From assembly GCA_034669905.1 (NCBI GenBank), contig JAXMOL010000017.1:72766-136765 (forward strand): a stretch of 64,000 nt of DNA. Direction: 5' to 3'. This stretch comes from Candidatus Hydrogenedentota bacterium (lineage in GTDB: Bacteria; Hydrogenedentota; Hydrogenedentia; Hydrogenedentales; JAEUWI01). The translations under genes were made by a program, and so were the position numbers. Each line of letters starts with the position of its first letter. Within the stretch, counting starts at the first letter, position 1. Positions 27,580 through 38,602 of the stretch are shown piece after piece. Below the pieces are notes generated by a model. It made no database searches and was not told the DNA's origin. It saw nothing but the letters and a program-made list of their open reading frames with translations.

Positions 27580-30471
27580 ATGAACCTACTCGGTAAGTTT
27601 ACGCTCGCACTGCTGCTTTGCGGCCTGGCACCGCTCCTGCTGGGTACGCTGTTGACCCACACCATAACGAAGCGGGCGCTTCAACATACGGAGCAGCAGG
27701 CCCGGGATGCGCTGGAGCAGAAGGCGAAAGAGCATGTCACCTCCCTCGTGCGGGCCGAGGGCGAACACCTTCAGACCTTCATCCGGGGCATTGCCAATGA
27801 GACGCAGATCCTCAGTCGCACCGGGCGTCTGGGCTATCTGTTGGAGAGCGGTGCCTTTTACCGCTTTGCGGACGAGCTGGGCCCCTCCTTTAACCCGGAG
27901 GCTGCCCGGGAAGAACTGGCTCGCCGCTATGCGGAACCCCGTCACCGAGTCAACGCCCCCACGGGCACCGTAGCCCGTCCCGTCCTCCCCCCGATATTGG
28001 AGACCCACCTCAACGCGCTCAGCGACAATGCGCTGGCCGTGCAGCAGTACCATGTTTCATCGGGCCCAAGGATGCCGCGCCCCCCCCGGGAGTCGGAACT
28101 GCCCACCCAATATGGGGATATTCACCGTCAGCTGGACTTTTTCTGGCCCGCGGCCATGGCCCACCTGGGTTACCAGGATATGCTGCTGGTGGATGGAGAA
28201 CGGGGCGACATCGTGTACTCCGTATCCCGGGGCATCGATTTTGGTGCTTCGCTGGTGGAGGGCCCCCTGGCGGATTCGGCGGCGGCACGGGCCTACCAAC
28301 GGGTCTGGGAAGAGGATGACGGTCGCCTGGTATTTGAGGACGTGGCCCCCTACTATCCCATCCCCGGTGAACCCGTGTGTTTTGTGGGTGCGCCCGTGCT
28401 GATGCAGGGGCGAAAGGTGGGCGTGGCCCTCTTCATCCTCACCCTGGACCGCTTCGATGCCATCCTCAATACCAGTGCCCCCCTGGAAGGTAACAGCGCC
28501 ATGTACCTGGTCGGCCCGGACTACCGCCCCCGCTCGCGACTGGACTTGCTGCGTTCGGCCCAGACCGACGGGGAAGCCACGGAGGCTGCGCCGACCATTG
28601 ATATCGAGCCCGGTCGGGCCGTATTGCGGCGCAGTGGTGGTGGCCCACCGCCCCCGCCCGATGACGGAACCCGCCTGGACACGGAGCCCGCACGGACGGT
28701 GTTTCATCTGGGGACCATGGGCAACGGTATCTACCAGGGCCCTTCGGGCGAAGAAGCCTTCGTGGCCTACGCCCCGGTGGACGTGTTGGGGGTTACCTGG
28801 GCGCTCATCGCCCAGGTCGATACGGAAACCGCCTTCGCCGCCGTCCGTGAGATGCAGGAATCTTCGGCATTCTACATCAATCGCATGCTCTATCTGGGCG
28901 ACTTTATTGTCATCGCGGCCATTCTCATTCTGTGCTTTGTGGCCGACTATCTGGCGAAGCCCATTGTGCGTCCCTTGCGCTCCACGGTGGCCATTCTCAA
29001 GGGCATGGTCGAAGGAGAAGACGCGCTGAATCAGCGGCTGGTCGTGCGCGGAAAAGACGAGGTGGCTGAGTTGGCGAGCGCCTTCAACCGATTCATGGAC
29101 AAACTCCAGCTACTCTACGAGTCCCTTGAAAAAGAGATTGCCGAACGAAAATCGGCGCAGGAAGAAGTGGAGCGAAGCCAGCAGTATTACAAGGCCCTGA
29201 TTGAATATGCGCCCGACGTAATCGTGGTATTCGATGAAGCGCGGCGCCCCCTCTTTGTCAGTCCGGCCTTTCAGCGCACCTTTGGCTACCACGCCGACGA
29301 AATTATCGGGCGCAGCCTTCAGGAACTGATTCATCCCGACGACCTGGAAAGCCTGGTGAAGACGGAAGCTGAAGCGAAAAAGAATCCGGGGGTTCCCACC
29401 CACTCGGAGTATCGAATCCGGCACAAAGATGGCCACTGGGTGGACGTTTCCTCGGTGGGCACCAACTACGCCGAAGATACGTCGATTGCCGGCGTGGTTG
29501 TGAACCTGCGCGACATAACGCGGCGCAAGGAGGCGGACCGCATTCTCCGTGAATACAGCGCGACCCTGGAACGGGATGTGGCCGAACGAACCATCGAATT
29601 GCAGCAGAATCGGGATGAATTGGCCCACGCCCTCGGGGAACTCCGCAGTACGCAAGATAAGCTGGTGCTGAACGAGAAGATGGCCTCATTGGGTGCCCTG
29701 ACGGCGGGGATCGCCCACGAAATCAAGAACCCACTCAATTTTGTGACGAATTTTGCGGAGTTAACGGCTGAACTGGCGGAAGAACTGGCGGAGGAGATGG
29801 CACCACTCCGGGACACCCTGGACGACGCGGTGCGCACCAGCCTGGACGAATTGCTCCAGGATATTCAGCAGAACAGTAGAAAGATCGAGGAGCACGGCAA
29901 ACGGGCGGACAGCATCGTGAAATCCATGCTGCTCCACTCTCGGGGGAAGAAGGATGCCCGTCAACCCACGGATGTGAATGCCCTGCTGGAAGAGTACGTG
30001 CAACTTTCCTATCATGGCATGCGTGCCCAGGACAGCACGTTTAACATTGAATTGGATGTTCAATTGGCGGAAGACCTGCCGTTGATGGATGTGGTGCCCC
30101 AGGATTTGGCCCGGGTATTTCTCAATATTCTGAACAACGGCTGCTACGCGACCCAGCAGCGGAAGAAGGAAGAGAACGACACTTTCCAGCCCAAACTCAC
30201 CGTCCGCACCGAACGCGCCGGGGATCACGTGCTGGTCCGTATCCGCGACAATGGCCCCGGGATGACGCCGGAAATCATCGATAAGATTTTCACTCCGTTC
30301 TTTACGACCAAACCCGCGGGCTCCGGGACGGGGCTGGGGCTCTCGATCAGCTACGACATTGTCGTTCAGGAGCACCATGGTGAATTGCGGGTCGCGTCCG
30401 AACCGGGCGAGTACACGGAATTTCAGATAGTGCTTCCCCTCGGTGAACACACACGGGAGTCAGGTTCATGA
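27580..30471 (+). CDS. Membrane sensor histidine kinase (Cache-like, HAMP, PAS, HisKA, HATPase)
   Basis: Two TM helices, [64 protein letters not shown]. Confidence 0.93.
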   Translation: MNLLGKFTLALLLCGLAPLLLGTLLTHTITKRALQHTEQQARDALEQKAKEHVTSLVRAEGEHLQTFIRGIANETQILSRTGRLGYLLESGAFYRFADELGPSFNPEAAREELARRYAEPRHRVNAPTGTVARPVLPPILETHLNALSDNALAVQQYHVSSGPRMPRPPRESELPTQYGDIHRQLDFFWPAAMAHLGYQDMLLVDGERGDIVYSVSRGIDFGASLVEGPLADSAAARAYQRVWEEDDGRLVFEDVAPYYPIPGEPVCFVGAPVLMQGRKVGVALFILTLDRFDAILNTSAPLEGNSAMYLVGPDYRPRSRLDLLRSAQTDGEATEAAPTIDIEPGRAVLRRSGGGPPPPPDDGTRLDTEPARTVFHLGTMGNGIYQGPSGEEAFVAYAPVDVLGVTWALIAQVDTETAFAAVREMQESSAFYINRMLYLGDFIVIAAILILCFVADYLAKPIVRPLRSTVAILKGMVEGEDALNQRLVVRGKDEVAELASAFNRFMDKLQLLYESLEKEIAERKSAQEEVERSQQYYKALIEYAPDVIVVFDEARRPLFVSPAFQRTFGYHADEIIGRSLQELIHPDDLESLVKTEAEAKKNPGVPTHSEYRIRHKDGHWVDVSSVGTNYAEDTSIAGVVVNLRDITRRKEADRILREYSATLERDVAERTIELQQNRDELAHALGELRSTQDKLVLNEKMASLGALTAGIAHEIKNPLNFVTNFAELTAELAEELAEEMAPLRDTLDDAVRTSLDELLQDIQQNSRKIEEHGKRADSIVKSMLLHSRGKKDARQPTDVNALLEEYVQLSYHGMRAQDSTFNIELDVQLAEDLPLMDVVPQDLARVFLNILNNGCYATQQRKKEENDTFQPKLTVRTERAGDHVLVRIRDNGPGMTPEIIDKIFTPFFTTKPAGSGTGLGLSISYDIVVQEHHGELRVASEPGEYTEFQIVLPLGEHTRESGS

Positions 30472-30851
30472 TGTTGGTAATGGTTGTGGATGACGAGGCC
30501 GATATTGGCCTGTTGTTCAAGCAGCAATTCCGCAAAGAAATCCGGCGGGGAGAAATCCAGTTTCATTTCGCCCTGGACGGCGATGAGGCCCTGAAGATGC
30601 TTGAGGGCGACTTGGGTACTGATCTGGTCCTCATACTTTCAGACATTAACATGCCGGGTATGGGCGGGCTGGATTTGCTTCAGGCCATCAAAGCGGTTCG
30701 GGACGATTTGCCGGTCTTTATGATCACCGCGTATGATGATAAGTCCACCTACAATGAAGCGATGGCACGTGGTGCCAACGATTACATCACCAAACCCATC
30801 GATTTTCCTGCCCTGAAAGAAAAAATGGAAGCCATAAGGAACCGCGCGTGA
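30468..30851 (+). CDS. Single-domain response regulator
   Basis: VVDDE, LSDINMP, MITAY, YITKPIDF; 4-bp overlap with the kinase. Confidence 0.92.
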   Translation: MMLVMVVDDEADIGLLFKQQFRKEIRRGEIQFHFALDGDEALKMLEGDLGTDLVLILSDINMPGMGGLDLLQAIKAVRDDLPVFMITAYDDKSTYNEAMARGANDYITKPIDFPALKEKMEAIRNRA

Positions 30852-32035
30852 CACACGCTACGCCCACTCCTATCCGCCTGCTTGTCGTGGACGACGAACC
30901 TGATCTTGAAACGCTGATCCGGCAGAAATTTCGCAAACGAATCCGTCAGGGCGAATATGATGTCACCTTTGCAGGTAATGGGAAGGAAGCCCTGGAAGCC
31001 CTGGGCAAGGACCACGACATTGATATTATTCTCACGGACATCAATATGCCCGTGATGGATGGGCTCACCCTCCTGGCACGGCTTGCGGAACGGGATGAAC
31101 TCTTCAAGGCGGTGGTTATCTCGGCCTACGGGGACATGGACAACATCCGCACGGCGATGAACCGGGGCGCCTTTGATTTCATCACGAAGCCCATCGATTT
31201 CGTGGATCTGGAAATTACGATCGAAAAAACGGCGGGCGAGATTCTGAAGCTGAAGGAAGGTCGGGAAGCGACGAAACGGTTGATCGCCGTCGGCCATGAA
31301 CTGGAAGTGGCCGCCCGAATTCAGGAATCCATCTTACCCAAGACCTTCCCCCCCTTTCCCAACCGCCCCGAGTTTGAGATCTATGCGGCCATGACACCGG
31401 CCAAGCAGGTGGGGGGCGATTTTTACGACTTTTTCTTTATCGATGCGCACCACCTCGCGTTTGTGGTGGGCGATGTGTCGGGCAAAGGCGTTCCGGCGGC
31501 CCTTTTTATGGCGGTCTGCCGCACCCTGATTAAGGCCACGGCACTCCATGAACACGCGCCCGACGCCTGCCTGAATCGGGTCAATCAACTCCTCTTCGCG
31601 GAGAATTCCGCCGACCTTTTCGTCACGGTTTTCTACGCCGTCCTCGATACCCGCACGGGAGAGGTAGCCTATTGCAACGCGGGTCACAACACGCCGTACT
31701 GGATTCGCTGCAACGGCGACGGGCCAACCGCGCTGGAGAATCAAGGCGGTATTGTTCTGGGCGTTATGGACGACGTGGCATACCGACGTGACACCCTGAC
31801 CCTGAAAAAGGGAGAGTGCCTCTTTCTCTATACCGACGGGGTGACCGAGGCGATGAATCAGGACAATGCCCTCTTCAATGATCGCCGTCTTGTTGAGCGG
31901 CTTAGCCTGTCCGATACGGCGCCACTGAACGAGATGGCCGACTGTGTGGTCGAGGGGATTCATGCCTTCACCCAGAACCACCCCCAGCATGATGACATTA
32001 CGATGCTGGCGGTGCGCTATGCGGGTACGGACTGA
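30848..32035 (+). CDS. Receiver + SpoIIE/PP2C phosphatase (RsbU-like)
   Basis: REC (VVDDE, TDINMP), VGGDFYD, GDVSGKG, NAGH, LYTDGVTEA, DDIT. Confidence 0.93.
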   Translation: MTHATPTPIRLLVVDDEPDLETLIRQKFRKRIRQGEYDVTFAGNGKEALEALGKDHDIDIILTDINMPVMDGLTLLARLAERDELFKAVVISAYGDMDNIRTAMNRGAFDFITKPIDFVDLEITIEKTAGEILKLKEGREATKRLIAVGHELEVAARIQESILPKTFPPFPNRPEFEIYAAMTPAKQVGGDFYDFFFIDAHHLAFVVGDVSGKGVPAALFMAVCRTLIKATALHEHAPDACLNRVNQLLFAENSADLFVTVFYAVLDTRTGEVAYCNAGHNTPYWIRCNGDGPTALENQGGIVLGVMDDVAYRRDTLTLKKGECLFLYTDGVTEAMNQDNALFNDRRLVERLSLSDTAPLNEMADCVVEGIHAFTQNHPQHDDITMLAVRYAGTD

Positions 32036-32038
32036 CCC

Positions 32039-32836
32039 CTACGCAATGGCTTCCTGCGGAAAGGGCATTTGTCCGATGCCACGGGGGCGCATACCCCGCA
32101 CCATCAGGCCCGGGCGGCCCACGCTCTGTCCGCTTATCTGGGGATTCGCCGGATCGCGGAACCCGCATCGCACGAGTCGCCGCACCTTGTCCGTCTGATT
32201 AATGTGGCTGCCGTGCACGGTGAAAATATTGAAGAGCACCACATCTCCCCGTTTCGCGGGCACGGGCACCGTATCTTCCAGACGATAGTCCCGGGTAGAG
32301 AGATGGGGCGTGCATTCGCCTTCCGGGGTCTGGGTGATATGGGGAAGGTAGCCTTCTTTGTGGCTGCCCGCGAGGAATCGGATTTCTCCATTCTCGTGAC
32401 AGGTATCATCCAGATGAACCAGGACATCGATATAGCGTCCGTCGGTATGTTCGTAGAAGGCATTGTCCTGATGGAGTGGAAAGGGATGACCGGTCTGGGG
32501 TGGCTTCATATGCAAGGTGGTGTGATGGAGCTCGACATTGGGCCCCAGCAAATCGCCCAGCGACTCGGTGAGCCGTGGACTCAGCATGGCGCGCGTCCAC
32601 GCTTCGGAATAGAAGTGCAGATCATGGAGGTGGGTTAACCTGGACTTCTCGGAGGTCGCGGCATCCATATAGGCTTCGCGCCAGGGGCCAGTCCAGCCCA
32701 TATCGGTCTGGGCCCAGTCATTCAAGAGGGTTTCCAGCTGTTCCTCCATCTGCGCCATTTCGTCTGGCGTGAATACCTGGGGGATATGAAGAAAACCCTG
32801 CTCCGCATAGGCCTGACACTGTGCTTGGGTCAACAT
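32039..32836 (-). CDS. Phytanoyl-CoA dioxygenase family Fe(II)/2-oxoglutarate dioxygenase
   Basis: GFLHIP, PLHQD (HxD), LDD...ENG...GSH, VHGS...N...R. Confidence 0.9.
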   Translation of the reverse strand: MLTQAQCQAYAEQGFLHIPQVFTPDEMAQMEEQLETLLNDWAQTDMGWTGPWREAYMDAATSEKSRLTHLHDLHFYSEAWTRAMLSPRLTESLGDLLGPNVELHHTTLHMKPPQTGHPFPLHQDNAFYEHTDGRYIDVLVHLDDTCHENGEIRFLAGSHKEGYLPHITQTPEGECTPHLSTRDYRLEDTVPVPAKRGDVVLFNIFTVHGSHINQTDKVRRLVRCGFRDPANPQISGQSVGRPGLMVRGMRPRGIGQMPFPQEAIA

Positions 32837-33001
32837 GATTCCGACGCTCCTCATCTGTGGGGTGGGGCCTGACCCTACGATTGGGTGAGACAATTCCGAC
32901 CCGGCCTTGCGGGTATGTTATAGTACCCCTTCATATCATCCTTCGCACTGAATTCTAGCACTACCAACCGGCGACTACAACGCTTGGGAAAGGAGCCTGT
33001 T

Positions 33002-33454
33002 ATGGCAGAATCCACTCCTCAAAATTACGACAACCACGTCTTGATTCCCAAAACGTTTCTGGTGGTCGTGTTGGTGTTTCTCGTGGCCGCGATTCTGGCG
33101 ACGGTCGGCCTGGTGAAGACCGGCACGGTAGTCGGCACCTGTTGCATTGGTACCGCCGTACTCTTGAACGCCTTTGCAGCGATCTATGGCCTGTTTGTCG
33201 TGCGGGGTTACGCGGTTAAGCTGCAGGATCGCATCATCCGCACGGAAATGCGACTCCGCATGGCGGCCATCCTGCCGGAAGAGCTCGGCGCTGCCGCGAA
33301 GAGTCTGACAACGAAACAACTGATTGGCCTGCGCTTTGCCTCGGACGAGGAATTGCCCGACCTGACCCGTAAAGTACTCGATGACAAGATTGAGAAGGTC
33401 GACGCCATCAAAAAGCTGGTTAAGAACTGGCAACCCGACAATGAGCGGGTATAA
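33002..33454 (+). CDS. Conserved two-TM membrane protein (DUF6526-like)
   Basis: QNYDNH, two TM helices, LQDRIIRTE, LRFASDEEL, IKKLVKNWQPD. Confidence 0.75.
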   Translation: MAESTPQNYDNHVLIPKTFLVVVLVFLVAAILATVGLVKTGTVVGTCCIGTAVLLNAFAAIYGLFVVRGYAVKLQDRIIRTEMRLRMAAILPEELGAAAKSLTTKQLIGLRFASDEELPDLTRKVLDDKIEKVDAIKKLVKNWQPDNERV

Positions 33455-33468
33455 GAGAACGCCATCCC

Positions 33469-34488
33469 ATGAGCCCGAATAACGCCCGCCGCAAGCCCAA
33501 GAAATTCACGGGGCAGTCCGCCCCAAGTCGCGATTTGGTATTTTCCACCAAATGGCACAATCTCGTGGAATTTCGCGATGAACGGGGCAAGCCCTATCGG
33601 CGATTTTACAAGTTAGAGACCCTGACCAGTGCCATCGATAAGTTGGTGCGGGAGCAGGATCGTTTTCTGGTGCCCACCATTCAGCAAGTGCTGGGCAACA
33701 GCCGTTTGACGAGCATTGTCTTTGAGCTGGTAGAAGAGGATGCACTCCGCTACATTTTTCAGGTGCGGGCTACCAATGCCTTGAAAAAGCGGGTCAACCT
33801 GCGGCTGGTGGTGGCCAAGAATCAGGAAGAAGCCACCCGCCGTCTGGCGACGGAATTCAAACACCTGACGGCACTCTACAAGCAAATTCCGAATGGCATG
33901 GTGCAACCCTTGCGCTCGGGGGCTCTGTTTCTTCCTGATCGCTATCGCCGGGACGAACATCACCGGGACATTGGGGCCTATATTACCTCCGCACCGGCCC
34001 GGTTTGAGCGATTGGGTATCCACCGCAACACCCAGTATATGTCGCTGGGTGATGCGCCCCATACCTTTTCGAAGAAAGAGACGGAAGCCCTCAAGCAGGC
34101 CATGGTCACCTTGATCGCTTCGGCCTTTAATCCGATTACCCGCGATGGCCTGGATACCCACCAGATTGATCCGTCGACCTTCCAAGTCACACGCCCAAGC
34201 CGGGGACTGCCCAAGATTAAGATCTTCAACTGCGTCCACATGCAGACCAAGTTGAGTCCCCCCCGCCTCCTGGGCTTCCTCCTGACGGACACCTGGGAAA
34301 GCCGGGGGGTACGTAGCTTGATCGCCCCGGACGATCCCCGCCACTTTTTCAAGGCGCTGGTGGACGCGGTGGGCAAAGAGACGGCGAAGGAATGGGTGGC
34401 CCGTTTTGCCCCCCTGGCGGCAGCCGACAAGGTCAAGGCCCCGAAAGACGGCTACGTACCCGAACTCGCGGAAATCGCTGCCGAGTAG
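33469..34488 (+). CDS. Hypothetical protein, possible degenerate protein-kinase-like fold
   Basis: 339-aa ORF filling the gap before wzm. Weak kinase-like motif order (see findings). Confidence 0.65.
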   Translation: MSPNNARRKPKKFTGQSAPSRDLVFSTKWHNLVEFRDERGKPYRRFYKLETLTSAIDKLVREQDRFLVPTIQQVLGNSRLTSIVFELVEEDALRYIFQVRATNALKKRVNLRLVVAKNQEEATRRLATEFKHLTALYKQIPNGMVQPLRSGALFLPDRYRRDEHHRDIGAYITSAPARFERLGIHRNTQYMSLGDAPHTFSKKETEALKQAMVTLIASAFNPITRDGLDTHQIDPSTFQVTRPSRGLPKIKIFNCVHMQTKLSPPRLLGFLLTDTWESRGVRSLIAPDDPRHFFKALVDAVGKETAKEWVARFAPLAAADKVKAPKDGYVPELAEIAAE

Positions 34489-34532
34489 GCCCCCTATTGA
34501 AGCCCGTGAACGCGGGTGCTACCATCACCGCC

Positions 34533-35399
34533 ATGGCTATCACCCCGCTTACACACCCGGGTCGGGGGGCGCTGTTGCAGGTGCCCCGGGATCTCATCGC
34601 TTCGCGCGAACTCCTGCTCGATCTCATCCGCAAAGATTTGCGGGTGCGCTATCGCTATGCGGCGCTGGGCTTTCTGTGGGCACTCTTAGAACCCCTCGCC
34701 TATATGGTCGTGCTCACCTTCATTTTTGAGCGGGTGCTGGCCCCCACCGGTGAGGTGGCCATGTTTGGCACGGGCATCCCCTTTGCTTCCGGCCTCTTGT
34801 GTGGACTGGTCTTCTGGCAGTTCTCCACGCAGAGTGTGGGTGCAGCCACTGCCTCGCTCCTGGAAAACCAGCACCTCGTCAGAAAGGTGGCCTTCACCCG
34901 CGAAGTTATCCCCCTGGCCGCCATGGGCTACCCCCTCTTCTCCCTACTGATCGGGCTGGTCGTGCTGCTGGCCGTCCACCTCCTGCTCGGCGGACAGGTC
35001 GGCGTGAGTGCCCTCTGGATGGTGCCCCTCTTTATCGTTCAACTCAGTATTACGGTGGGCACCGGACTCTTAACCGCTGCGCTCAACGTGCGCTTTCGCG
35101 ATGTGGGGTACATGGTCACCGTGGGCCTCCTGCTCGGCTTTTATGCCTCGCCGGTATTCTACGATCTCGATTGGGTTCTCACCGCCGCCGCGCGCGGAGA
35201 AGTGCCCGACACGGTGGTGCGGCTCTACCTCATGAATCCCATGGCCGAGTTGCTGGAGGCCTACCGACAGGCATTGCTCGAAGGACGGCGCCCCGACCGT
35301 TGGTTGTTCATCTGGCCCACCTGTGTCGCGCTGGTCGCCCTGTTGGGTGGCACGTGGGTCTTCCGCCGCAGTGCCGCGACCTTGTCGGACTATCTCTAA
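34533..35399 (+). CDS. wzm: ABC-2 polysaccharide exporter permease (Wzm)
   Basis: DLRVRYRYAALGFLWALLEPL, VRFRDV, FYASPVFY, MNPM. Confidence 0.92.
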   Translation: MAITPLTHPGRGALLQVPRDLIASRELLLDLIRKDLRVRYRYAALGFLWALLEPLAYMVVLTFIFERVLAPTGEVAMFGTGIPFASGLLCGLVFWQFSTQSVGAATASLLENQHLVRKVAFTREVIPLAAMGYPLFSLLIGLVVLLAVHLLLGGQVGVSALWMVPLFIVQLSITVGTGLLTAALNVRFRDVGYMVTVGLLLGFYASPVFYDLDWVLTAAARGEVPDTVVRLYLMNPMAELLEAYRQALLEGRRPDRWLFIWPTCVALVALLGGTWVFRRSAATLSDYL

Positions 35400-37484
35400 A
35401 TGGCCCTTATTGAAGCGACGAATATCGCGAAACGCTACCCTTCCCACGGTGGAAAGCGGGCACTCCTGGGACGGGGTGGAATCGGCCGCCTGTTTCGGCC
35501 ATCCCCCGTGGCACCCGAAGCGCTGGCCCCCCTCTCGTTGCAGGTGGAAGCCGGAGAAGCGGTGGGGATCATCGGGCGAAATGGCTCGGGTAAGAGTACG
35601 CTCCTCAAACTAATCGCCGGGGTCACGGCGCCCAGTCAAGGCAGCCTGAAGGTCCATGGCCGGGTGGCGAGTTTACTGGAGTTGGGCGCGGGCTTTCACC
35701 CTATGCTGACCGGTCGGGAGAACGTGTATCTCAATGCGGGCCTGCTCGGCATGCGCCATGCCCAGGTGGATGCAAGCTTCGATGCCATCGTAGATTTTGC
35801 CGAGCTGGCCTCTTCTATTGACCAGACCGTGGACACGTACAGCAGTGGCATGTTCGTCCGACTCGCTTTCTCTGTCGCCATCCATACCGACCCGGATGTA
35901 TTTCTGGTGGACGAAGTGCTGTCGGTGGGCGATGAGGCCTTTCAACGGAAATGCCGCGCCCGTATCCTCGAACTGAAACAGGCAGGAAAGACCATCCTAT
36001 TCGTATCCCACGATCTCGGCACGGTCCAAACCCTGTGTGACCGTGTTATCCTGCTCGACGCCGGGTCGGTCTTGTCCCGAGGTAGCGCCCAGGAGACCAT
36101 CGACTACTATCTGCGCCGCGCGGGACGGGCCGATGGGGTCCGACGTCTTCAACATGGCGCGCTGGAAGCGCTCTTTAACCATGGCCGGGTGGCCCTCTAC
36201 CACCGTGAACGGGAACTCACCGCGCCCCTGGGCATCAAGGTCCAGTTTCAAAGTATGGGGCACTATCACGAGTCCTCCGACGCGGAATGGACGCTGACCA
36301 CGGTCTCGGATGGCCACCTGGAAGCGACGGGCGTATTCCCACGGCTTCCGGTCACGTTGTACTTCCGTTGCGATTTGGATGACAGGGGGTTTTGCCTGAC
36401 GGTTTCGTGGGAAAACACCCAGGCGATCACGCTCAGCTACGTCGCGATTCAATGCGCGCTACGCACCTCTTATGAGCACTGGCAGTCCGGGACCGATGTG
36501 GGGCCCTTCCCGGAAATTGGCCCGGCTGACCGTAGTTGGCGTGCGGTGGCCCTCCAGCTGGGCGCGTCGCGTGCCTGTGAACTGCTGGGCGACGGGGAAT
36601 CCGATTTGCCGCCCCTTTGTTTCTCGGTGGCTGACACTCCAGCGCGCGCCCGCTTTCAACTCGACAACGCGGACTATATGACCCAGGCGCGCCTGGTCCA
36701 CCTGAGCGACGTCATCCCCTCTGGGGACAACCCCCTCCCCCCGGCACGCCGGAATCTCGGCACCGTGATTGTCGATCCGACCCGGAGTGTGGCGGAAACG
36801 AAATCCCGCCATGAACAGCGGCTCGGTGCACGGGACCTCCAGACCGGCCGGCTTTCCGCACGGCTTCAGGGGGGGGCCATCGCGCTGGAACGCAATGGCA
36901 CGGCACTGACGCGCTTTTTGCACCTCCACGTGCAATTGCGTACGGGCGCACTCTGGACCTCCGGCCAGGCATTGCATTGGCAAGAAACAGAACGTCATGG
37001 CCAGGAACTCCGCGCTACAGGGGATTCGCTCCGCATGCCTTGTTCGCTGATCTGGACCCTTGCGCCCGTCGACGACACCGGCTATCGCTTCACCGTAACC
37101 CTGGTGGCCCGGGAAGACTTCGAGCTCAACGAGTGCAATATTTCCCTCTGCCTCGGCCCCGAGTACGGGCATTGGGAATGCGCCCACGAGTCGGGGGACT
37201 TCGGTGCCTTTACCGAATCGACTGAACGCTGGGCCCATGCCAACCGGTGCTACGAAGCGGGGACATTCATCCGCGCCACGGCGGAGGGACTCCCTACCAT
37301 AACAATGACCCTGGACAGGAGCGTGGGAAGGGCCATACCCGCTGCCCTCCAGACCGATCAGGGCCACGCGGCCCATGTGCTCCAACTGATTTCGAGCCCT
37401 GGGGAAGCCCATGCCTTTGCACTCGCACCGGGTGCCCACTGCCTGTTCTCGGGCACGGTCACCGTGGATGGAGCGGCCCCGTGA
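35400..37484 (+). CDS. wzt: ABC polysaccharide exporter ATPase (Wzt) with a long duplicated C-terminal region
   Basis: GIIGRNGSGKSTLL, LLELGAGFHPMLTGRENV, YSSGMFVRLAF, DEVLSVGD, VSHD. Confidence 0.92.
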   Translation: MALIEATNIAKRYPSHGGKRALLGRGGIGRLFRPSPVAPEALAPLSLQVEAGEAVGIIGRNGSGKSTLLKLIAGVTAPSQGSLKVHGRVASLLELGAGFHPMLTGRENVYLNAGLLGMRHAQVDASFDAIVDFAELASSIDQTVDTYSSGMFVRLAFSVAIHTDPDVFLVDEVLSVGDEAFQRKCRARILELKQAGKTILFVSHDLGTVQTLCDRVILLDAGSVLSRGSAQETIDYYLRRAGRADGVRRLQHGALEALFNHGRVALYHRERELTAPLGIKVQFQSMGHYHESSDAEWTLTTVSDGHLEATGVFPRLPVTLYFRCDLDDRGFCLTVSWENTQAITLSYVAIQCALRTSYEHWQSGTDVGPFPEIGPADRSWRAVALQLGASRACELLGDGESDLPPLCFSVADTPARARFQLDNADYMTQARLVHLSDVIPSGDNPLPPARRNLGTVIVDPTRSVAETKSRHEQRLGARDLQTGRLSARLQGGAIALERNGTALTRFLHLHVQLRTGALWTSGQALHWQETERHGQELRATGDSLRMPCSLIWTLAPVDDTGYRFTVTLVAREDFELNECNISLCLGPEYGHWECAHESGDFGAFTESTERWAHANRCYEAGTFIRATAEGLPTITMTLDRSVGRAIPAALQTDQGHAAHVLQLISSPGEAHAFALAPGAHCLFSGTVTVDGAAP

Positions 37485-38464
37485 GCGCAGGCGACCCGGA
37501 AATTGAGGTGTCCATCGTCGTGCCTGCCTATAACCAGGCATCCCTACTGGAACGCTTGCTGGATTCCCTCGTCGCCCTGAAATCCGGACCCCATTGGGAG
37601 GTCCTCATCGTGGACGACTGCTCTACCGACGATACGGCAGCAACGACGGCCCGTTGGCTGGACGGCCATCCCGAGGTGAGGGGCCGCTATCTGCTTCAAG
37701 ACCGCAACCAGGGCCCGGGCGCCGCACGCAACCGGGGTCTGGCGGAAGCACAGGGAGCGCTGGTGGCCTTCATCGACACGGATTGTATTGCCGGGCCCGA
37801 CTGGCTCGCGGCGTTGCTATCCGGCCTGACAGACGAACACATCGTCGGTGTGGGCGGCGCAGTACGTGCCTTCAACCCGGAGAACCGCTATGCACGCTAC
37901 AACACGGTTAACGGCACCCTACAGCCCATCGTCGCGCCCGACTATGCCATCCCCTACCTGGTCACCTGCAACTGCTGTTACCGCCGTGATGCCCTTCGGG
38001 CGGTGGGAGGCTTTCCCACGGATATTGCGCGGCCCGGCGGCGAGGACGTGGCCGCGAGTATCGCCCTCTACAAGCAGGGGTATCGATTTGCCTTCGCACC
38101 GGACGCGACCATAGCGCATGACTTCCGGGACACGTGGCGTCGATTCGCGCGGACGTGGCAGAACTACGGCTACGGCTGTGGCCTCACGGCCCACCGCATG
38201 CTCACCCAGGAGGAGTTGAACCCCGAATGGGGCCAGTGGGGCGGCAACAACTACTGGGGCGTCCAGGCAGTACGGCCGACCGTCACCGGCATTCGATCCT
38301 GCTATCGGGATCTCCGTTGGTTTCGGGGGCGCTGCCGCGAACGGGGCGTGAAGGGGGCGCAACTCCCCATCATGCTCCTCCTCCGACTGGTGGAACGCCT
38401 GTGCTATCTCCGAGGCTGGCGGGCGGGGGTGAAGCGTGCCCATGCGGAGCGGGGCCTGTCGTAA
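37481..38464 (+). CDS. Glycosyltransferase family 2
   Basis: SIVVPAYN, VDDCSTD, GPGAARNRG, FIDTD, GGED. GTG start overlaps the wzt stop. Confidence 0.92.
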   Translation: MSAGDPEIEVSIVVPAYNQASLLERLLDSLVALKSGPHWEVLIVDDCSTDDTAATTARWLDGHPEVRGRYLLQDRNQGPGAARNRGLAEAQGALVAFIDTDCIAGPDWLAALLSGLTDEHIVGVGGAVRAFNPENRYARYNTVNGTLQPIVAPDYAIPYLVTCNCCYRRDALRAVGGFPTDIARPGGEDVAASIALYKQGYRFAFAPDATIAHDFRDTWRRFARTWQNYGYGCGLTAHRMLTQEELNPEWGQWGGNNYWGVQAVRPTVTGIRSCYRDLRWFRGRCRERGVKGAQLPIMLLLRLVERLCYLRGWRAGVKRAHAERGLS

Positions 38465-38602
38465 GTACGTCACGCCACCGGGAGGACCCAGAAGAGCGGG
38501 CGAGAAAGTGGACCGTCCCGGGCTGCAGATTTCCTTCTCACCGTGAACTCGGGTAGAATCAGCACCTGTTGTGAGCCGAAGCGTCCCGTTGAATCGAGCC
38601 CC

